Of a DNA stretch of 64,000 bases, positions 57,043 through 64,000 are shown piece by piece (the first letter of the stretch is position 1; each line of letters starts with the position of its first letter). Under the pieces are notes generated by a model. The model searched no databases. It saw only the letters and a list, made by a program, of their open reading frames with translations, and was not told where the DNA came from. The DNA comes from Promethearchaeota archaeon (lineage in GTDB: Archaea; Asgardarchaeota; Lokiarchaeia; Sigyniarchaeales; SOKP01), in assembly GCA_011364925.1 (NCBI GenBank), contig RDOA01000007.1, positions 51,493-115,492 of the forward strand, written 5' to 3'. Made by a program: the position numbers and the translations under genes.

Positions 57043-59214
57043 TTACCTTCTTTTTACACATTCCTCTTTTATAATTTGAAAATCTGAACAATTAGAGCAA
57101 AAAGCATTAGTTCCTTCTTTATAACTCGCACTCCAACATCTAGGACATATATAATAGGTCAAACTCTTATTACTCTTCACTTTTGTAATTTTAAAAACGT
57201 TGAATCCACATTTTGAGCAAGTTGTATTTTTAAGTATATTGACTCTTCCTGTATTTGGAACTGATATATATGTTTTACAATTGTTGTCAGTACACGCAAG
57301 GAACCTTTTATTCTGAGAAGTAGTAACTAGTTTCATAGGGTTCTTTTTGCATGTGGGGCATTGGGAAGTAGTTAAAGGGAAATTTTGTTGCATTGCTGTT
57401 TTTAAATTTCCCTTCACTTTATCAAATTCGAAGGTTATAGCTTTTATATTACTTCGGAATTTATCAAACAAATCGAGGAATAAGTGCTTTACTGTCTTTA
57501 CAACATCATCCATCGATTTTCTCTTTTCCTTAACGTCCTCGAGTAGATTCTCAACGTAACGAGTGAACTCAGGTTTTAAAAATGGTAACCACACCTTAAT
57601 TAATTCACTTATGAGATATTTACCCCATTCTGTTATTTTAAAGCGGTTTTTAGCAACACGATGAATTAATTTACGATCTTCTAATATTTTAATAATAGTT
57701 GGACGGGTAGATTTTGTTCCTAAATGCTCTTTTTCCATCAATTTTAGTAAAGATGTGTCTGAGTAATGCGGTGGTGGTTGAGTTTCTTTTTCGTTCAATA
57801 GGATTTTGTTTATAGCAAGTTGTTTAGCTTTGATTTCAAACAACGGTTGATATTGCTTTTTCAAAAAAGGAGCTATTTCGTAAAAACCACTTTCTACAAG
57901 AGCAACTATCTGGGAAGTAAATATTTCATTTTTAATCGATAACCTAAGTGTAGTTCTTAACTCCTTTGCAGGTTTTCCAAAAAGAGCTAAATAATGTCGC
58001 GCTAAGATATCGTACACTTTCTTTTGAAGACTATTTTCGAATTTCGAACTATTTTGCTCTAAACTTACCAATGGAGTAATTGGGGGATGATCTCCGGCAT
58101 CAACCTTTCCTATAGTTGGCTTCATTCGATTTTCCGTAAACAGCTTGGTAGTATAAGATCCATAGTTTGAATGAGGTTTAAAGTTCTGAAGGTATAATTG
58201 GTGGTCAAATGTAGAATTATATTTGTCGCTATCAGTCCTAGGATAAGAGATAATTTGATTTAGGTATAGTGAATTCATTGTGTTCATTGCCGCTTTTGCA
58301 CTAATCCTCAAAGTTCTAGTCAGCAATACAAGTGCTTTGGAAGTGTTTAAAGGCGTTGGGGGATTAATTATTGCTGAATCTCTTGTGTTGTTTATTATTA
58401 ATGCGATTTTCTCATTTTTAATATTTTGATAAATTTTCTTTGCTTCGAGTTCCTTTTCCTTGATAAACGGATTTTTGATATGCATCGCTTTAATAATATG
58501 AGAATTGTGGACTAAATCAGCTGTAATCGTCCAGTATGGCTCGGGAACAAATTGTTCGATTTCGAGGTCTCTAAGATAGATTAAATAGAGCAACGAAGTT
58601 TGAACTCTTCCTATTGACACAAATCTGTTATGAATTTCGTCCAGTATCGGCTTAAAAGTGTTAGTAACCTCCCGTGTGCTTGAGAAACCAATGATTGCGT
58701 CGATTATCGCTCGAGCTTCACCGGATTCTCCCCAGCTCCATTTTGGGCTTATCAGATTTTGATATTTTAAGAGTATCTCTCTTTTCTCTAGTGAACTTAA
58801 CCATAATTGGTTGACTTTAATGTTTTTGTTAGCCTTTACGACATAAGGCAGTGCGTCAAAAAGCCCGATATTACACCCTTCTATATCTGCGTCAGTCGCA
58901 ATCACGCATTCATTGCATATTTTGGAATAATCATTTAGGGCTTTTATGTAAGATCTTGCGTAATTTATTGCCATTTTTGCGATTGCGCTAGGATTTGTAA
59001 TGATCTCTCTTGGATCTGATTTAGTCCAACTTTTATACGCATCCGTGTTCCTATATTCTAATATATGTCCGCGAAGAGGCAATACATAAATATCTTTAGA
59101 AGGGATTTGATAGACATTTAGAAATTTAGTTCTATTGATTACTTTAACAGATCCTAATGCTTTAGCAATTGCTTCGGCAGCCTTATTTTTTTCAGAAATT
59201 ATTAATGTCGGCAT
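57043..59214 (-). CDS. topA: Type IA DNA topoisomerase (Top3-like) with C-terminal Zn fingers
   Basis: TOPRIM IISEK..A and ATDADIEG, SIGRVQT, catalytic ISYPRTDS, DHPPITP, LGTKSTR. Confidence 0.93.
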   Translation of the reverse strand: MPTLIISEKNKAAEAIAKALGSVKVINRTKFLNVYQIPSKDIYVLPLRGHILEYRNTDAYKSWTKSDPREIITNPSAIAKMAINYARSYIKALNDYSKICNECVIATDADIEGCNIGLFDALPYVVKANKNIKVNQLWLSSLEKREILLKYQNLISPKWSWGESGEARAIIDAIIGFSSTREVTNTFKPILDEIHNRFVSIGRVQTSLLYLIYLRDLEIEQFVPEPYWTITADLVHNSHIIKAMHIKNPFIKEKELEAKKIYQNIKNEKIALIINNTRDSAIINPPTPLNTSKALVLLTRTLRISAKAAMNTMNSLYLNQIISYPRTDSDKYNSTFDHQLYLQNFKPHSNYGSYTTKLFTENRMKPTIGKVDAGDHPPITPLVSLEQNSSKFENSLQKKVYDILARHYLALFGKPAKELRTTLRLSIKNEIFTSQIVALVESGFYEIAPFLKKQYQPLFEIKAKQLAINKILLNEKETQPPPHYSDTSLLKLMEKEHLGTKSTRPTIIKILEDRKLIHRVAKNRFKITEWGKYLISELIKVWLPFLKPEFTRYVENLLEDVKEKRKSMDDVVKTVKHLFLDLFDKFRSNIKAITFEFDKVKGNLKTAMQQNFPLTTSQCPTCKKNPMKLVTTSQNKRFLACTDNNCKTYISVPNTGRVNILKNTTCSKCGFNVFKITKVKSNKSLTYYICPRCWSASYKEGTNAFCSNCSDFQIIKEECVKRR

Positions 59215-59398
59215 TAGATTCTTGATTACATGCCTTCTATATTTTAGATTATTATTATTTCAAAGGTTTATAAATAACAATAGATTTATATATTTCTAAT
59301 TGGTGTTTAATAAACATCTTCAAATTGAACAAGTGAATTCGGCTTATTATAATTTTACACCATAAAAAATGACTTGATATAAAACTTTAAAAGTTCAA

Positions 59399-62300
59399 TT
59401 AATCCTTTGGCAAAGTAAAACTAAATTTTGTACCCAAATCTCTCCCTTTCGATTCAACCCAGATTTTTCCTCCATGTGCTTCGATAAAGCCTTTAGCGAT
59501 ATACAGCCCTAAACCGCTACCTTTATTAAGTGTAGAGTACCCATCAACTCCTTGTTCAATTGAAACAAATTTTCCAAAAATTTTATCTATCTCTTCAGGA
59601 GTTAATCCTTTTCCATTATCTTCAATACTGAAGATAAGACTTTCATCATCCTCATCTACTAATATCGTGATATCTCCACCATTAGAAGTGAACTTGACTG
59701 CATTTGAAAGAAGATTTAGGAAAACTTGTGAAATTCTGAAATGATCCACTTCCAAATTAAGATCTTTTGAGATTTCAAGATTTATGGTTAACTTTTTTTG
59801 TCTAATCTGAAATTCTAATTCAAGAAGGCAGTTATTTATTAGTTCATGAACATTTTCTTCTCTTTTAACTAATTCAACTTTTTTTGCGTCAATTTTCATA
59901 ACATCTAACAATCGGTTTATATATTCCTCTAACCGATGGACATTATTTAATACTCTTCCGAGATCCTCCTTAATCTCTTCACCTAATTTCTTTTCTCTTA
60001 GAAGTATCAAATCAATATACCCTCCTACAGAAATAAGAGGGGTTTTTAAGTCGTGAGCTGCAATGCTGATAAAATCTGTCTTTAACCTATCCAATTCCTT
60101 TAATTCAATATTTTGTTGTCTTAGGATTTTTTCAGATTCAATTAATTTCTCTTCTGCAATTTTTTTTTCTGTTATATCCTGAATAATAGCTTGAATCACA
60201 ATTTCGTCTCCTAATTTAATCGTTGATAGTTCAGAGGAAACCCACAAAGGTTTCGAGTGTTTATCAAAGATTTTAATGGTTTGAGGTTTCATAATGATCC
60301 GTGAAGGTTCTCCTTTATCGATAAGCTCAGAAATTAATCTCAAATTTGGTTTAGTCTCATCAGGATAAATCCCTGCAAGTTGTAAGTAATTTTTTCCCAA
60401 AAGATCCGCTTTGTTATAACCAAAAAGATCGGTGGTTTTAGTGTTCATGTCCAAGACCTTACCATCATAATCTAAAAGAACAATACTAAAAGGAGAATTC
60501 TCGTATAAATGGCGATATTTTTCCTCAGATTCCTTAATTTTAATTTCGGCCATCTTTCTATCGGTTATATCGCTAAAAGTAACAGCAAAATATCCTCTTT
60601 TTGGAGAATATCCTGAAACTTTATACCAGCGACCTAATGGTTCGGAGTAATCTTCTATGTTTATAGGTTCCCCCGTAAGACCTACAGCTCCAAATCGGCC
60701 GATCCAATCTGCAGGATCATTTTCAATTCCGGGTAACACCTCTGTCACAGTTTTTCCAATTAAATTGTTTATTTTTATACCAGTCATTTCTTCAAAATGA
60801 ATATTTGCTTCGAGATATCTGTAATCACATGGTTTATTATTTTCATCTACAATTACCTCGTGGTATGCGAAAGCTGTATTCATATTTTCAAATAACGAGC
60901 GATATTTTTCTTCTGATTCTCTTAATCTTTCTTGAGCGAGATTCTGTTCTGTTACATCCATTATGAGTGCCAAGTCTGCAAATTTATTTTGATACATAAT
61001 TGTTTTACTATAAGATTCAATCCGCTTAATTTCTCCGTTTTTAGTAGTTATTCTATATGAATCAGTATCAGAAATATTTTTTTCATCAAATAATCGGCTT
61101 CGAAGCCGTTCTTCAGCAGCTTCTCGATCTTCATCATATACCTGATTAATCATTTCATTTGATGTCCAACTCAGCATCTCATCAATTGAATATCCACTGA
61201 TTCTTGACATCGCTTCATTTGCATATATTACTTTATTATCTTGAAGAATGGTAATACCTATCGCTGAATGCTCGGCAATCGTCCTAAACATTTGTTCTGA
61301 TTCTTTTAACTTCTGCTCCGCATTTTTACGTTCTGTTATATCAATTACTGAAATTAAATCAGCTGGTTCCCCTAAAAAATCTATTGATTTAGAGTAATTA
61401 TCTAACCATCTAATGTCCCCTGATTTTGTGATCAATCGATATTGATAATTAGAAATGTAATCACTCTCGCCATGTTGTTTCTTACTTAATTGTTCCATGA
61501 CTCTGATTCGATCTTGCGGATGAATATGTTCAAAAATTTTAGTAGGACCTAAAGCTAAAACTTCGTTGATAGTAAATCCACCTAAATTCGAGACTAATTG
61601 ATTTGCATACTTTACTTTATTATCCTGTAAAATTGCTATTCCCATTAACGAATTTTCTGCTATTGTTCTGAACTTTTGTTCTGATTCTCTAAGTTCCTTT
61701 GTTCTTTCTGATACGATTCTCTCTAGTTCTTTATTCAATACTTTCAATTCCTCTTCAGACTTCTGCAACCTTAAGTCAGCATTTTTTTTCTCAGTTACGT
61801 CTTGGATTAACACTTGTATCAATGTTTCCTCTCCCAATTTAATTTTCGAGCTAGTTAAATTAATCCAGATGTCTAATCCATCTTTTCGAGTCATTTTTAA
61901 CTCAAGTGGTTTCATAGATTCACCTTTCACAAAACTTGTAAATTTGCTTCTAATAAGGGAGATAAAATGTTCTGGCCTTTCAAACATATTTAATATTTCC
62001 ACAAAGTTTTTACCAATGAGATCTTCTCGGGTAAATGCGGATAGCATTACATCCGTAGTTGCATTGCAATCTATTAATGTACCGTTTAAATCAACGATCC
62101 AAATTGCGTAAGGAGATTTTTCAAAAAGGTGTCTATATTTCTCTTCTGATTGTTTTAACCGTTGTTCTAACTTAAATTTCTGAGTTATATCACGGGATAT
62201 TCCATAAAATCCAACTTTATTTCCAATATTATCTTTATTTAAGTAAACCGAAGTTTCTACGATAACTCTCTCATTACCTTTTTTGATGAACTCAAATCGA

Positions 62301-62884
62301 AAAGAATCTGCGGGTTTTCCGGTTTTATAAACAGTATTAAATACTTTAAACACCCTATTTTTATTTTCCTCATCCATCAGTAGTTTATAATTTTTCCCAA
62401 TCATTTCATTTAGAGCATAACCCGTCATTTGAGAGAAAGATTTGTTCATAAATGTGAATGTACCTTCTAAATCTACTTCAAAATACGCTTCAACTATATT
62501 TTCTACAATATCACTATACTTCAATTGAAAAAAGGAGATGTTTCGAGCGGTTAAAAACAGTTTAATTTCTTGATTTGAGTTTCGAAATAATTTTCCTTTA
62601 AACTCATAATACTCAAAGCCTTCTTTTTGACGTATTCTTAAAGTTTCAGTAGCTTTGCCATGTTTCAATAGTTTCTGGAGATATTTTTGGCAATTTGGTA
62701 TATCCTCAGGGTGAACAACATTGAATATTTTCTCGTTCAAACTGATATAGCCCAATTTTTCTAAATGAATTTTTTTGTTTACATATTCACATTTAAAATC
62801 TTCTTTTAAAACGAAAATTAGGTCTTCATAATTTTCTTTAAAGACTTCTCCAATGTTATACCCAAAATCAGAATTAGATGCCAT
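59399..62884 (-). CDS. Soluble multi-PAS sensor histidine kinase
   Basis: About 7 PAS/PAC repeats ending DITERK; H-box AAHDLKTPL; NLLSNAVKF, DNGKG, GSGLGL. Confidence 0.93.
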   Translation of the reverse strand: MASNSDFGYNIGEVFKENYEDLIFVLKEDFKCEYVNKKIHLEKLGYISLNEKIFNVVHPEDIPNCQKYLQKLLKHGKATETLRIRQKEGFEYYEFKGKLFRNSNQEIKLFLTARNISFFQLKYSDIVENIVEAYFEVDLEGTFTFMNKSFSQMTGYALNEMIGKNYKLLMDEENKNRVFKVFNTVYKTGKPADSFRFEFIKKGNERVIVETSVYLNKDNIGNKVGFYGISRDITQKFKLEQRLKQSEEKYRHLFEKSPYAIWIVDLNGTLIDCNATTDVMLSAFTREDLIGKNFVEILNMFERPEHFISLIRSKFTSFVKGESMKPLELKMTRKDGLDIWINLTSSKIKLGEETLIQVLIQDVTEKKNADLRLQKSEEELKVLNKELERIVSERTKELRESEQKFRTIAENSLMGIAILQDNKVKYANQLVSNLGGFTINEVLALGPTKIFEHIHPQDRIRVMEQLSKKQHGESDYISNYQYRLITKSGDIRWLDNYSKSIDFLGEPADLISVIDITERKNAEQKLKESEQMFRTIAEHSAIGITILQDNKVIYANEAMSRISGYSIDEMLSWTSNEMINQVYDEDREAAEERLRSRLFDEKNISDTDSYRITTKNGEIKRIESYSKTIMYQNKFADLALIMDVTEQNLAQERLRESEEKYRSLFENMNTAFAYHEVIVDENNKPCDYRYLEANIHFEEMTGIKINNLIGKTVTEVLPGIENDPADWIGRFGAVGLTGEPINIEDYSEPLGRWYKVSGYSPKRGYFAVTFSDITDRKMAEIKIKESEEKYRHLYENSPFSIVLLDYDGKVLDMNTKTTDLFGYNKADLLGKNYLQLAGIYPDETKPNLRLISELIDKGEPSRIIMKPQTIKIFDKHSKPLWVSSELSTIKLGDEIVIQAIIQDITEKKIAEEKLIESEKILRQQNIELKELDRLKTDFISIAAHDLKTPLISVGGYIDLILLREKKLGEEIKEDLGRVLNNVHRLEEYINRLLDVMKIDAKKVELVKREENVHELINNCLLELEFQIRQKKLTINLEISKDLNLEVDHFRISQVFLNLLSNAVKFTSNGGDITILVDEDDESLIFSIEDNGKGLTPEEIDKIFGKFVSIEQGVDGYSTLNKGSGLGLYIAKGFIEAHGGKIWVESKGRDLGTKFSFTLPKD

Positions 62885-63041
62885 TATTTAGCACAACCTT
62901 TTGAACTTATTAGATATAAAGTTCCTATTTTATTAACTAGTTAATCTTTTTAATAATTATATGCTTTCCTTAAAATTATTGCATTAAAGTATTAAAGGGA
63001 AATTTTCGATCTTTATCATACTAATATATCTTTTATGAAAT

Positions 63042-63650
63042 ATGGTTGTTGTTGATCCTTCATTTGAAATTGACGAGAAAGGGAGGGTAATTTGCCAGTC
63101 TCACTCTAATTATCCTAACTTAATTAAGCCAAATAAGACATATTTAGAGGAATTACAGTTAGAAACCCTATTAACCTGTAAATCGTGTTCACATTATGTA
63201 AACGATGATTGTTACTTTCCTAAATCTGAGATTGACAAAATAGAAATAGATAGATTAAGTAGATCTCGTTTTCAATGCAATCTTTGTGGAAATAAAATTG
63301 ATAGAATGCTGACAATAATGCAAAAAATTTACTTCGAGGTAAAGTTCAATATGAAAATGCCGTTGTTATGCTGTAGTTGTTATCAAAACATTAAAAACGA
63401 CAAATTCCCCGAATATCTTCGAAGGAGAATAAGGGAATCATTATTATTTTATACTCCTAGCGTATTTTTATTGATTAATCCCTACCCTTTTAACCTTATT
63501 GTTGCTTTTGTGTATGCCTTATCTGCTTTTTTGCTGAAAATAATTATTAAGCAAAAATTTCACTATAGTCTCTTCTTAGTCGATTTATTAAATGGAAGAA
63601 AGTTCTATAAGAAATATTTTAAAAATAAAAAGAGCGTCGATCTATCCTAG
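63042..63650 (+). CDS. Hypothetical Cys-rich protein with C-terminal membrane segment
   Basis: CQSH, CKSCSH..DCYF, CNLCG, CCSC, then hydrophobic helices. Confidence 0.65.
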   Translation: MVVVDPSFEIDEKGRVICQSHSNYPNLIKPNKTYLEELQLETLLTCKSCSHYVNDDCYFPKSEIDKIEIDRLSRSRFQCNLCGNKIDRMLTIMQKIYFEVKFNMKMPLLCCSCYQNIKNDKFPEYLRRRIRESLLFYTPSVFLLINPYPFNLIVAFVYALSAFLLKIIIKQKFHYSLFLVDLLNGRKFYKKYFKNKKSVDLS

Positions 63651-64000
63651 GTTACCGAACCAACCTCTAACCTGTTTTCGCATTATTTCTTGTTTTTTAA
63701 TAATTAAATCTAGATTTGCCTTAGTTTTATTTTTTAAATTTTCTATATCAGGAACGAATTGATATTTGGCGAAATAATCTTTAATATTTGCTGAAATAAG
63801 ATTTTGTGGAATTTTTAGATGATTATTTTTAAATCTCTCGTAAGAAGACTCCCATGATTCGAGAAAGGTTTCTAGATTATCTCTGTTCTCAAATATAGGC
63901 AGCACTCCTAGATTATTAGGGGACGTTATTGCTACATTTGCCCTACTTACTGAAAAACGGCTTCCGTTAAAAGATACTGCTATACCCTCTTCAACTTTTA
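63642..64000 (-). CDS. Hypothetical protein, 3' part only (runs off the window)
   Basis: Frame is open from the window edge (KVEEGIAVSFNGSRFS...) to the stop at 63642. Confidence 0.65.
   Translation of the reverse strand, partial: KVEEGIAVSFNGSRFSVSRANVAITSPNNLGVLPIFENRDNLETFLESWESSYERFKNNHLKIPQNLISANIKDYFAKYQFVPDIENLKNKTKANLDLIIKKQEIMRKQVRGWFGNLG

Noticed and set aside
1-64000. tRNA/rRNA genes
   Set aside because: No GC-rich cloverleaf or rRNA-like segment seen; intergenic regions are short and AT-rich.

Overview
AT-rich, gene-dense archaeal chromosome segment, almost certainly from an Asgard archaeon of the Lokiarchaeia type. Support for this: an actin-related gene, two TFB paralogues, Loki-CTERM-type surface proteins, SBBP beta-propeller proteins and a multi-PAS kinase. 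About 48 CDS; I see no rRNA, tRNA, CRISPR array or transposase/integrase. Most of the window is metabolism and transport. Most notable observations: (1) a tandem pair of P2-scaffold P-type ATPases whose cation-binding residues are rewired (M4 PINIP/PINLP instead of PEGLP, His at the M6 Asp position), so the substrate is unknown; (2) a coiled-coil + Pro-rich + WH2/MIM1-like protein 2 kb from a divergent actin-related protein; (3) a type IA topoisomerase with eukaryotic TOP3B-like motifs; (4) two independent places where an extracellular-protein gene lies between diverged direct duplications of the flanking host sequence, one leaving a chimeric ABC::HDAC pseudogene, suggesting recombinase-free capture of variable surface genes; (5) several genes that appear to need non-canonical (ATT/ATA/ACG) starts. 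Comparisons to reference proteins are from memory, not from searches.
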